From positions 1,452,900 to 1,516,899 of the forward strand of contig CM082587.2 in assembly GCA_040954595.2 (NCBI GenBank): a stretch of DNA of 64,000 nucleotides, in the 5' to 3' direction. Of this stretch, positions 1 through 11,826 are shown piece by piece; position 1 is the stretch's first letter, and every line of letters begins with the position of its first letter. The position numbers and the translations under genes were made by a program. This DNA is from Balanoglossus misakiensis. Lineage: Eukaryota; Animalia; Hemichordata. The notes under the pieces were generated by a model. The model worked only from the letters and a program-made list of their open reading frames with translations. It did not search any database and was not told where the DNA came from.

Positions 1-533
1 AAATAATGATGTAAACACCTGTTGACGCAGTAGAATATCCTCAACTCAGCTAGCCCTTCTGACATGCACTGCAAACACATTAATTACCCTTGTTCAAGAG
101 CTGCTACTGTTTGCCAACAATCTCCACCAAACATCTAAAGTACACATCTCCAGAGATAGCAAAATGAACTTTGACCCCCCTAAGTAACTCTTGCAATCAG
201 ATAAGGTTTTCTTAATCAGTGTAAGTACCCTTGCAGTTAAATATAACGGTTCACCTGTGACAGTTATCCAATCAAAAGTTATCCAACAGATCTCAAGCAG
301 TGATACATGAAATCATCACAGACCCCAGGTGGTCTATGTTATAGTTTTGCAATAACAGTAAAAAAGACTTGTTTAGCGACTCAACTAAAAGTAGTAGCAA
401 CAAGTAGACAGTTCTGAGTTATTAAACACAACTAGCTACCTATGCTGTTTTTCATTTGCTAATCTAGTGAAACTTTTTTTAAAGTGACAGCCTGGCATAT
501 TGTACAGTGATCATAAACTTGTGGGAAGGTGAC

Positions 534-740
534 ATTATAAAACGGGAAATTTTCGCGGACGCTCAATTTGCGAACTTTGCGAGAGCCAAAAAAAAAAGAC
601 GCGAAAATATAAAGTCGCGTAAAATGTTTTAGGAAATTGAACGATGCAGTTAGTGAAATACGACACCACGAAAGTTAATTGTCGCGTAACAGTTGCCACT
701 TTTGATACAATGTCGCGAAACTTTCCCGTTAAATACAGTA
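534..740. mobile_element. MITE-like non-autonomous DNA element
   Basis: Left end ..TATAAAACGGGAAATTTTCGCG and right end CGCGAAACTTTCCCGTTAAATACAGTA are imperfect inverted repeats. The interior has repeated CGCGAA motifs and no ORF. The left end is degenerate. Confidence 0.65.
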
Positions 741-1167
741 ATACAAGTGGTTTCTAAGTTGTCATAAAGTACTGAGCATAGACTTTTAAAAAATTCTGAT
801 TATTAGTTGTATAACTATAAAAACTTTGAATTAGCCGCATCATAAATTAGCGAATATAAAAATCTACTGTCTATGGTTAAAAAAACATTGCTAGCTAAAA
901 TCACGACACGTAAGTAAATTCTACACAGTGGGCGTGCAAACTTAAAACAGTATTAGTGCGTATGTAGTGGTGGGGCAACTTAAAAAAAAACGAGTATATT
1001 CCAATACATGTCTGGTGACGACTAGCTGTGTATACAATATCATTTAGGTCACCGTAGCACACCGTTGCTGTGCACACAGGTCAGCCTGGTATCAACTATC
1101 TGCCATCACAGCTACGCCCGATTATAATTGAACACGCACTGTGACAACCTGTTGATGTTGGACTCAC

Positions 1168-1191
1168 CGGACTGTCGTTTCCTAAGCCCAT
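1168..1191 (-). CDS. Possible first coding exon (MGLGNDSP) of an unidentified gene running off the left edge
   Basis: Minus strand reads ATG GGC TTA GGA AAC GAC AGT CCG followed by a canonical GTGAGT donor, in a CpG-rich promoter-like stretch (1150-1420). No downstream exon was recognised in the window. Confidence 0.35.
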
Positions 1192-2190
1192 CGTGCGGCA
1201 AATTTCGCGTCGAAAGCCGCTTAGGGTGTCAGGATCTTGAAGTATTCGCGATTCATGACGATCTCTCTGTCATAATTACAACATGACCATACAAACCATG
1301 CCCATCAACAACACAATGTAATTCGTATGTATACACCTTTACAACAAACACCGCTTCGATGATCGCGAAAAGAGTGGGCGTGCCGCGGTCTGATCACTTC
1401 TTCTGTCGACAGTCTCCCTCCGAAATAAATGAGTCCATAAAATAGATATCGTTAAAGTTGAAACCTGGGGATGGTTCCTATTTTATGGATGCCAGATTGG
1501 TTCAGGTTGCTTAATAGTGGCTACAGTTTTAACTGTCAGTCCCTAGAAAGAATAATAGCAGGAAATTTGTCCAGGCGACAAAGTCTGCGGAGTAATATTT
1601 AAAAACTTTTTTATGAAACGCGCCTCATGACTCTTCTGGCGCTACTGGTATTGAAGTTTGGCCACTTGATCGGTAGAACCTAATGCAACTTCCAACCCTA
1701 TCCTTCAAGTTCTGAGTATTTTTTAATCATTCAGGATGGCATATCAGTATTCCAGGGCATTAGAAGCTTTATTTAGTCCCACTGGTTGCGAAAAGAAGTT
1801 AAATCGCCATCTAGCTTCACGTTGTCTCATTTTGGTCATATATTGCACACTGCGAACTGTCGGATAGTTTTTTCACCAGTCATAATGGAAAAGTGTTCAC
1901 TGATTCGGCACTGTAAATTGAAATGCGATTCATCATATTCGCTTGGCACAAAGAAACAAAAATCAGAACGAGTATTACTGCACGGGATCTGGACCGACGT
2001 TGCGGCATCGACTCGAGATTCTTCAATTCACTCTCGTTATTGAAGTTATTTCGATGGTATTCTAAGTGTATAACACACATCGAAAAGCGCCTAAACGTCA
2101 ACATCAACTGACATTTCTCATACCATAGAGGTAGTCTATATTTTTTGGCTTTGAAAGACGCGACGATCCGAGCAAATGGGTCACCCTGGC

Positions 2191-3000
2191 TATAGACTGC
2201 CCTCAACGTCGAGCTTGCGCTGACAAGTCGCGGTGAAAATATTTACATATCCATTGTGAAAATAGTCAGATATCGCATGTTGGCCAATAACATTTTATTA
2301 TGTTGGAAAAATATCAATATGAGATGGAATGGGGTGTTGTAATATGTAATTCCTGAAATACGCAAGGATAGACTTTTTCCTGAGTTTCGGTGCCATTTGA
2401 AAAGCTCTAAAGTACGTAGTTTTGCAACCGTGGTAAGTTTTGTGAAACATTGCATATATATTACTTTGAAGACTGTAATTTTATTACTAAGGTTCTAATT
2501 TGCTTATTTCAGCTAAATATGCAATTTTTGTAGGGTCTTCCTACTGACCCGATCTATAAATTTTAATAACAGAAAGTATCACAAAATAGATAAAAGTAAT
2601 AATGTATAGACTGCTCTCAAGGTCGAGCATGCGCTCTCAAGTCGCTGTGAAAATATTAGCATATCCATTGTGAAAGTAGTCAGATATCGCATGTTGGCCA
2701 ATAACATTTTATTATATGTTGGAAAAAATATCAATATGAGATGGAAGGGGGTGTTGTAATATGTAATTACTAAAATACGCAAGGATAGACTTTTTCCTGA
2801 GTTTCGGTGCCATTTGAAAAGCTCTAAAGTACGTGGGTTTCGCAACCGTAGTAAGTTTTGTGAAACATTGCATATATATTACTTTGAAGAATTGTGCCTT
2901 TCAGGTCAAATAAATGCCTAGAATTAGATATGCAATTTTTGTAGGGTCTTCCTGCTGACCCGATCTATAAATTTAAAAAACAGAAAGTATCACAACATAG
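2191..3000. repeat. Diverged tandem duplication, 2 x about 410 bp
   Basis: Copy 1 is about 2191-2589 and copy 2 about 2605-3000. Both start TATAGACTGC..TCAA.GTCGAGC and end CAGAAAGTATCACAA.ATAG. The near-identical spurious ORFs 2243-2455 and 2579-2845 come from this duplication. Confidence 0.9.
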
Positions 3001-3193
3001 CTTACAGTAATAACGTATGTTTATTTGAATAAATACAAATAAAATGTATAACATCAATCAATTCAATTAGGCAATCCCTTCAAAGTTATTTCAATGCAAA
3101 ATGATTACATATTTTTCATTTTAGTACATGTAAATAGAAAATAAGGCTAATGTTCCATTATTATAATTATTGCTTAGAAATCACCTGACCAGT

Positions 3194-4126
3194 TCAACTC
3201 TTGACTGGCCCACCAAACATTTTACTCATGGCTGCAGCATATTGCTTGTCCTGCTGCTTAACTTTTGAGAGTAGCGCTGACATTTGATCTCTGATAGCTT
3301 TATTTTGGGGTTCTAATTCCTGTGCTTTGGTTAAGTCTTCCTTAGCACCATCAAACTCATTCAACTTAATCAAAGCCTGCCCTCTTCGGTAAAATGCTTT
3401 TACATTCTTGGCATCGATGGTGAGTGCCTCAGTACACAGTAGAACAACATTTTCATACTGCTTAAGCTTCAGAAGGCAAGCAGACAAGTTCAACAGACAG
3501 GAACATTTCAGAGCGTTAAATTTCTCTTTGGTCTTCTCGGACAGCTGCTCCTGGTCACTCTTTCTCCCAACAGTAATGAGAAGCTTCACAGCTTTGCTGT
3601 ATCTCTTGGCAGCCAGGACAGTCTTCCCATTCTGGAAGCATGCAGTACCCTTTTGCTTTTGGCAATCAGATCTTTCAATTTTCTCCTCAGCAGACATTCT
3701 CCAAACTTCTTTGAATCTGGTGACTGATTTTAATTCTACGTCAAACTTTGCAACGCATTCCTCTTCTGTAGAATCATCCGTCAGACTTTCTTGTATTCCA
3801 GACATTGAAGAGTTCAGTCTTTCTTCACCAAGATGTCTGACTAGTGTTGTTTTTGGCAGACGAATTTGACATCTTTCACCTTCTTGCATACTCTCTAGGC
3901 AAATGTCAAAATTTTCTGATAATTCTGCATCGAAGTCACCTATGCAGACCTCAATTTCTCTTTGCAACGGATATCCAATGATATCTTCATCTAAGTGATA
4001 TTTTCCAGCCAATGGGGTGATCTGTATCATACATTTGGAGCCATCATTTGGTGTAACCAATCCAAAGCCTTCACTGATAATCTCCTTTGTGAAGGACTTG
4101 TCTGGTGGCTGCCACATTGATGACAT
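3194..4126 (-). CDS. FKBPL: FKBP-like immunophilin (degenerate FKBP domain plus 3 TPRs), FKBPL-like
   Basis: 310-aa uninterrupted ORF. FKBP-type N-terminus (SFTKEIISEG..P.DGS.C; CLESMQEGERC) and Hsp90-clamp TPRs (KQKGTACF, LLNLSACLLKL, NVKAFYRRGQA, LEPQNKAIR), ending SKMFG. A 5'UTR intron has its acceptor near 4180 and donor near 4454. Confidence 0.8.
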   Translation of the reverse strand: MSSMWQPPDKSFTKEIISEGFGLVTPNDGSKCMIQITPLAGKYHLDEDIIGYPLQREIEVCIGDFDAELSENFDICLESMQEGERCQIRLPKTTLVRHLGEERLNSSMSGIQESLTDDSTEEECVAKFDVELKSVTRFKEVWRMSAEEKIERSDCQKQKGTACFQNGKTVLAAKRYSKAVKLLITVGRKSDQEQLSEKTKEKFNALKCSCLLNLSACLLKLKQYENVVLLCTEALTIDAKNVKAFYRRGQALIKLNEFDGAKEDLTKAQELEPQNKAIRDQMSALLSKVKQQDKQYAAAMSKMFGGPVKS

Positions 4127-4499
4127 TATAGATGTTCTTCTTTATTTTTGGCAATATTTATTGACTGCTCTTTCACTCTGTAGGAAGATAAGTTAATGTA
4201 AGTATGGTAAGAAAGAATTCTCTTTGAATACTTAGAGGTAAAGGTTTGAAACTTTGGTGACATAATTTCACAGGCAGAAATAACCAAATGAGTAGTGTTA
4301 GGAGGTCAATGGTGCAGCACTCTTGTACTGATTCTAGGTACTGCATATATTTTTGCTATGCTTAACAAACCATATAGTTATATAGAAACAGAATGCAGAT
4401 TACCAAGAACTGGAGCTGGCCTAAAACAGAATGTTCTTACAATAATGTCTCACCTCGTCTGGCCAGGTCAACCACTGCAGCAGAATCCACTTATTGACC

Positions 4500-4640
4500 T
4501 TTGACACCATGAAACATCAACATCTGCAGGTGCAACGCGCCTGCGCGAAGTGCCACGAAAGTTAAAATGGCGTCCTTCCGTAATATCAAGAATGAACTTT
4601 AATCGTGGAATATTTTAGGACTTTACGAACGGTAAGGATA
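4500..4640. promoter_or_regulatory. Bidirectional promoter shared by the FKBPL-like gene and GOLGA1
   Basis: Head-to-head non-coding first exons, with a minus-strand donor near 4454 and a plus-strand GTAAGG donor near 4632. An NRF1-like GCGCCTGCGC is near 4537 and a YY1-type AAAATGGCG near 4564. Confidence 0.6.
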
Positions 4641-5005
4641 ATATAGCAATAATTTTAGTTTGACAATTGACGGTATGTGTAATTTACCTCAACGCATTGG
4701 AAAATGTGCTACCATAATTAAATGAATATGTCATTAAAACGGGTTGGTTCGAGATGAGCGATCGAGTCCCGTCTGGAGTGTAGACTGTAGTTGTAGTGGC
4801 ACCGGTTGTCGCGGTCCATAGATCGGGCAGGTCGTCTGTTGACGATCAGAAGGAAGTTCTGTGGGGGGTTTCGTCGTAAAACTCGGGCAAAGACCGGGAG
4901 AACTGATGGGATGATCGCAAATATATGCGAAACCACAATTACTCCAACTTGCTTCCACGGCTGTAATGATATTCAGCTTATTCTTGAAATAGACAGGGGG
5001 TGAGC

Positions 5006-5151
5006 TAGCTGCAATAATTGTAGCTCTTGTTTTTTCTGTTGGGTTTGCGAAAAAAAGAGGGTTAGGGTTAAATCGTCAAAATGTCAAAAAAAGGCCTAGA
5101 TATCGTCAAAATGCCAAAAGAAGGCGGAAAACGCTACAGTTACTGCAGTTA
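5006..5151. mobile_element. 146-bp MITE with 19-bp TIRs, 9-bp TSD and an internal TTAGGG core
   Basis: TIRs TAGCTGCAATAATTGTAGC and GCTACAGTTACTGCAGTTA match 16/19. Flanked by a perfect direct repeat GGGGTGAGC (4997-5005, 5152-5160). Internal AGGGTTAGGGTTA at about 5058-5070. Confidence 0.75.
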
Positions 5152-5780
5152 GGGGTGAGCATGATCACAGAGGATGGAACGGGAAGGAGGATGCATGAAC
5201 GACTTTTACAGCTCATTCAATGTCTACTGAATGCTAAATATCGGAAACGGCGTTTTGACCCCGGGCTGTGTCATTGTCGTGTGGACCACGCCCCCTTTAT
5301 AATACACATGGATACAAATCTCATTATTTACGTGTGTCCATTTTCTTTCAGTGCCAAGTTAATAACCACTGCTGAATAGTTGCCGAACCAGAGCTGTTGT
5401 TGTTGCCTTCTGCTTTTGGGGTTATTTGCCCATTTGAAGACTTTGTGATCTGGTCGTCTCTTGAGATGCATTGATGCTGGGGCTGTGATTGATACAGTTG
5501 GCATCTGGTGGCTGAATGGGTCAATGGATGTCAGTATCTAAGCGAGTTCACTTCTGATTGTTCGAACAAGTGGAAGTGTACACATTCTGGAGTAGACAGG
5601 TTGGGTAACCTCATCAGTGTTCCAGGTACTGATCGGATAGCAGGAGTAATTAGTCGTTCACAGATATCAAACTTTGACTTGGTCATCGACTCCAGTGAAG
5701 TGGAGGATCTGGACCAACCGTATCAGACACTCTAAAAGAGTACCACTTTGCTGGATTTGTCGGTAACTTCCATCTTCATC

Positions 5781-8700
5781 ATGTTTGCAAAACTGAAACA
5801 GAAGTTGGTGGAAGTGGAGGGGGACAGCCCCCTGAACAGGAGCTTTGGAAGTCCTGGAGGGAAAGGTCCCGGACAAGCCATGAAAGATTCCATGGGGAGA
5901 AATTCTGGTGGAAGGAGGGAATCACTGCAGGGAAGTGATAATGACACAGCATCAAGCAGTAGTTCTCAACTTGTAAGTGATTAAATTAGTTATGAAATGA
6001 AAACTGTTTTTTTTCACAGTTGTTTGAATGAAAGAGGAAGTCATTAAATCAGTTTGCAGTGATATCAACATGCAAGTCTGGAAACATCGTACATTTGCAT
6101 TCTTTTTTAATTCCATCTCCAGCCAATCGCCACTAAGGAGGAGCTCATTGCTAAAATTGCCAAGAAAAGTGAACAGATTCGCGACTTGGAAGCCAAAGTT
6201 GCAGAATATGGAGGAATGTTGAAAGATACCATGAAAATGAAAGAAAAGGTTGAGACAGCTTTGGAAAAACAACAAGATGGTGAGAACTTCTGCTGAATGT
6301 TTTTGTTTACTCAAAAAATCTACAGGGCGAGAATCAGCACTGACCTTTGATAAGATACTAGTATAATCTTGGTTAAAATATCATTGTAAATAGGGTGTGT
6401 CCTTGGCCAAGATTTGGCCTTATCAATTAAATGATTTGTGTTGATTTTCTTGCTTTGGTTAGCTGCTCTGAAAAGAATCCAAGCAATGAATGAAGAGTAT
6501 CAGGACAAAAGATCTAAAATGTCAGAAGCACATGCCTTGGCTTTGAAAATACAAGAAGAGGAATACCAAACAAAGCAAGAAAATTTACAGAGGGTATGTT
6601 GAATATTGTCTCTACTTTTCCATTCTTTTCCACCCAACTACTGCAAGTGTTTCCCAAGATTAATCATTTGTACACTATCTGAACAAAGTTGTAGTTTAAT
6701 TGGGTCTTTTTCTCTTTTGCAGGAAAATACAGAACTCCAGGAAAAAGTTCTAAAGCTAGAAGGCGCTGTGTTTAAAAAGAGGGAAGAAAATGATGAAATC
6801 CAGGAATTTCAACTCCAGGAGATGGCTAAAATTAAACATCTTGTATGTCTATCTAGATTTAGCCTTTTATCAATTATACGCTTACACAAGTTTTGTCACT
6901 GATAATAATATGCACTGAAGAACACGTCCCTTTCTTTGTTGTTATTATTGTTGTGTCTTGGAAACCTTGTATGCAGTGTTGTGTTTTACTGGTGATTTCT
7001 GTTCTGTTGAAGTTTTTAAACAGTCAAGAAGAGCTTGGAAAATGCAAGAGCAAGATTGAGGAAACAAGTCAAAAATTGGAAGAGAGCTTGCAGCTGAAGG
7101 ATAGCTTACAGACAGAGCTTAAAACCAATAAAAAACTTTTGGAGAAAGTGACCAAAGAAAGGTAGTTATTCCCAGATTTGAATTCAAGAAGGCTTAAACA
7201 AAGTGCGCAAAATGGAATGGGAATATTTATGTTTCACTGAGAATTTTGAAGTTGGTTTTGACTTCAACTGTCTCTCTTCTCCAAACAGAGATGATTTCAG
7301 GCAAAATAGACTAGAAAATGCTGATCTTGTGTTGAAACTGGAAAGGGAGAAAACCAACTGTGTTGAAAAAATTACAGAACTGAATCAAGTCATTTCTGAG
7401 GTAAGTAAGATACAGTGTTAACTTTTGGTGTCAAATATTAATTTGTGGAAATTTATAGTAATCTTGTAGCATATGTGACATTACTGTACATTTTAAAATA
7501 TATTTTATTGCATGCTACATAAAAGATAATGCTTTCCAATTTTAGCCTGTAAAAGTAACAGCTGAAACACAATGAAATTAACATAAAACTGATTTAGATT
7601 GCATGACAGGGGATTTATTTGCATTTCTGATAGTGCCATGTGTTCAGGAAGTTATTCCTTTACTGTAGAACAGCTTTAAATGATTGAAGTATTATTCAAA
7701 TAAATCTAACTGTTTAGTGAGATGGTGATTGTGTGAAATTTTTTTACAACTAGAGGCTTAACTTTTTCACAATGCAAATTAATAGCCATGTCCTTTGCTA
7801 TATGTAGCATGTAATGTGAAAGTCTCAGATAGCTGTCGTGTGGCATTTTATCAATAGCAACCATTATATATTGCCTGTGCTTCTTGTACCATATTTGTGC
7901 ATGCATGAATGCATGTATATTCAGTTGCTGTATTCTGTTGTTGATTTGGTTTCATGTTCTCTTTCTTTTCCCCACCTTGTTTTGTTTGTGTTGTAGAAAT
8001 CCAGTAGTTTGAGCAAATTAGAAATTAGATTAAATTCCATCCAAGACGAGTATGACTCTTTGCGACATAGTAATGACACGTATAGACAACAGGTAAAACC
8101 ATTTTGTTTCTGTGCAAAAAGTAGTGGTAGTGGTGGTGGGATGGAGTCATTATGCAGGGATTTTTTGCCAAGATATTCTTATAAAAAACAGCAAAGAGTG
8201 TTTGGTATTTTCCTCTGGACATGTGTTTGTGACACTTGTGTAGCAAGGCTTTATTTCATTGACTGATGCACATAGTATATACATTACTATTGCTGTATTT
8301 ATAACTAACTCACATCTTCTTCATTTCTGTCCTCTGTTTCTGCTTCATGGATTGATTAAGTAGAAAAAGAAGGTAAACTAGCCAGTTAGATTTTAGAAGA
8401 ATATTCTACCATTTTAACAATTTATTTGAGTTTAACACTTTATTTGCATAGAAGTTTCCAAATCAAGGAAATGAGGCAAATGTAGTAAATGAATGCACAG
8501 CTATGTCTCTTTAACCTATCAGGAAATAATGGGGATCACAGAATAATGAATAATTTTGTCATGTTGTAAATGTAGATTGCAGCTCAACTTGATGAGAAAG
8601 AGAGTACGATAAACCATTTACAAGATAGAGTGAATACACTTGAGCAGAGATTGCAAGACAGTAACTTGTCTGGTGATGACAAATGGGAAGCTGTCAAGTC

Positions 8701-11700
8701 AGAGGTAATACTCCATTTCATATCTCCTTATCTGAATGGTTCTTCAAGAGATTTGTGAAGAAGTTTTTAGTTCAATGCCCACCATAATGTATATTTCTAT
8801 TCCTTTCTTTGTCTAACCAGCGGGACCAACTAGAATTGAAAGTAGAAGAATCAAGGCAGCACCTGAATGACATCAAATCAACATGGAGCGCCAAAATAAA
8901 CAGTTTAGAACAACAGGTATGCTGCAGACATGTAAAAAAAGAACATGATTTATGGAAAAACCTGTCAGACTGTTTACACTGTTTATCTGAATTTAATGTT
9001 CAATATGTTAGTGATTGTGAAACCACCATTTTGCATGATATCTTCCAGATATCACACCTAACTGCCAAAATCAGTGAAGACAGCGAGGAGCTTGAGAGCA
9101 GCAAGCAGAATACACAGTCTATGAGAGAAAAATTTGAGAAACAAATCGAAGATCTGAAAGTCCAACTGAAAGCAGCTGAAGACAGAGCTTTGAAAAATCT
9201 GGAAGTGATGCATGACAGGGAATCGAAGTTTGATGTACAGGTGAGAAACAGACTGTTTTGAGGTGACTCGTATTCCATCAGGTAAATAGCTGTATGCTGT
9301 TGCCCTTATCGTCAGACAATGTACTGTCACATGGGTCTGGTAAACACTGCAATGTCTCCTTGTGTCACCAGAAAGCACAGCTGGAAGTAGAGCTCCAGAA
9401 ATCAAGGCAACAGACGGAGGAAGCCAAGCAACAAGCCGGAGAATCCAGGCAACATCTACAGGATAAGATCAATGCTTTAGAGAGTCAAATCGTAGCATTG
9501 GAAACTGCCAAAGAGCTAGAAAAAAGTACTGCCCAGCAGAGAATTGTAAGTCTGAAATCTATACTGCTGATGAGTGATACATGTAGCTGTCCTCAAAATT
9601 ATCCTAAATGAATGAGACAGACTTTCTGGAAAACAGCTCTGTGGCATGTCTTCTTCTTGCATGTAGTATCTTAATACCAAGGTTGTTGTATTTTGTTTTT
9701 TCCAGTCTCAGTTAGAAAACAGTCAGACAGAATACCTGGAGAAAGAAATTGAACATGAGAAACACATGACCAGGGTGGAAGAAGAGGTCCAGAGGTTAAA
9801 GGTCAGTGAAGAGTTCAAAGTTCATTTCATGGTGAAGTAATATTCACGTTTGATATTGAAGATAAATCTGATTTGATTATTTTTATCACAGGAACAACTG
9901 AGACAGAAAGAAAACGATCATAGTGAACTCAAGAAAACATTGCAAGATGTTCGGACCAGGGCAGCTGACTTTGAAAGTGAAGTGAGTATATTTATTGGTC
10001 GTTTGCTATTCGTCAGCCATTACTATCAAACCACAATGGCTTTATGCAGGTCATATGTGGTCTTCACAACACTAATATCTGATACTCATTTCATGTAACA
10101 GACTGCAGCTGAAATCCCAGCTCTAACTGCCAAACTAGAAGACGCACAGCACCAGATGGCTACCATCGCAGCTCAACTGGAGGAAAGCAACAACGGTAAC
10201 ACAAACATTTAACATTTCTCAGATGCCCAAACTCATGAGTTTCTAAGCCACAGCTTTTAAAATCCTAACATCTGTCATACCTCCACAGAGAATGATCAGC
10301 TGAAGGCCAAAAACAAACATTTGATGACAGAAATAGAGTCATTGATCGATAAATCAGCAACAGTACATAGTGAGGCACAGAAACTGCAAAATGCCAAATC
10401 AGAAGTGTTGGATCAGTTGCAAAGAAAACTGAAAGACACAGAAGAGGAACTTGAACATTGTCAGGACAAGGTGAGTTGCCAGCAACATAGCAATTGCACA
10501 TGTGGGTTGTGTTGTAAAGTTATGATACTGAGCATTTCTTTGAGCTTTAGTTTATACACAGAACAAAAAATACTGAAAATGTTTAGCAAGTGAACCTTTA
10601 ATGGGGGCATTCACTGTATATGAGCGACCCTATTTTTGATGATATGATTTTCTGTTTCTGTTTTTCATCAGATAAAGGAAACTGAGGAGGAGAAGGAAAA
10701 AATACAGTTCATTCAAAGAAGTACAAGTATACATGATGGGGAACTGGAGGACTCGGAGGTATTCTTTACAGTTTAATTCATGTTTGTACCTCACCTGCAC
10801 CTGACAGTGAATGGTTGACTTTTTACCCACAATGCAAGTCGGTATCCTGACTTTAGCGCCATTAGCATGAAGTAAATGCTTATAGAGTGATAATTCTTAA
10901 CAAGTCAATGTTGCTGATGCAGGTCGCTCAGCTGAGGAAGATGGTTGATGAAATGATGGACCAACTGGCAGAGAAAAATAAGACAATCAAAATGCAACAG
11001 CAAAGGTTGTCAGACTTGAAGAAGACTTTGCAACGAGAACTGGTAGGGACTGACTGTTATTTGTGCCATGCTTGTGTTTATTATTTTTTATGTTCTGCAG
11101 ATTGAGAATTCTCTCTTCATATGAGAATCATTTCCTCTTTTTGAATGTGGGACGCTGATATGTTTACAGAAAGTGCAGACAAACTCTGACATGGATGGAT
11201 TGGACGTGAAAGAGAAAGAAAAAGATGTCATTCCGAGGTCATCCTCTATACCAGTAGGTATGAATCAGACGCAACAGTCATCAGCATTGGTACCACCTGG
11301 CCATACCCGTACTCTCTCTCCTTTCAAGTTTGATGAACTCCGAGAAACTAATTTCCAGTACCTGCGTTATGTGATATTTAAGTTTATGTGCAGTACAGAC
11401 CCAGAGGTAAGCATTAAAGTCTCTCTCTCTCTATTTCACACTATTTGACATACAACTCAAAGAGCTGTATATTATAATGTATGCTGACCATGATCACTTC
11501 TGCTTTTAATAAACTTGGACATTTTATCTGTGTACAGGCCTTTCAGCTGATTAAAGCCATATCCACTTTACTCCACTTCACAAAACAAGAAGAAAGGCTA
11601 GTCAAAGAAACAGTTGAATGGAAGGTGAGTAGTTGTTTACACATACAGCGAACAGAATTCCAACTGCTGAATACTACATTGTAAGTATGTGACTCTACAG

Positions 11701-11826
11701 ACTCTGAAGGTATGTCATAGTGGAACATATCATATGTACATGTATATTGTTTGTTTACCCTCACAGATGTCATGGTTTGGAAGCAAGCCCACTCCGGCGA
11801 GACCCCTCAACATGTCTTACAGATGA
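5781..11826 (+). CDS. GOLGA1: Golgin-97 (golgin subfamily A member 1), about 20 coding exons, coiled coil plus C-terminal GRIP domain
   Basis: Starts MFAKLKQKL. In-phase GT-AG coiled-coil exons include 6123-6279, 8821-8916, 9049-9240, 9372-9545, 10672-10758 and 10923-11042. GRIP domain: [53 protein letters not shown]. Stop at 11826. Confidence 0.93.
8364..8372 (+). CDS. GOLGA1: Candidate 9-nt microexon (KKK) of GOLGA1
   Basis: ACTAAC branch point near 8303, long pyrimidine tract, TGC motif, then TAG|AAAAAGAAG|GTAAAC. The flanking exons join in phase 0. Confidence 0.6.

Noticed and set aside
3194-4126. FKBPL-like gene as a retrocopy because its CDS has no introns
   Set aside because: It has a spliced 5'UTR and an intact ORF, and a single coding exon is also the arrangement I recall for vertebrate FKBPL.
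5058-5070. Telomerase RNA template (UAACCCUAACCCU on the minus strand)
   Set aside because: It lies inside a TIR/TSD-bounded insertion, and I could not find the pseudoknot, CR4/5 or convincing H/ACA domains. A covariance-model search would settle it.
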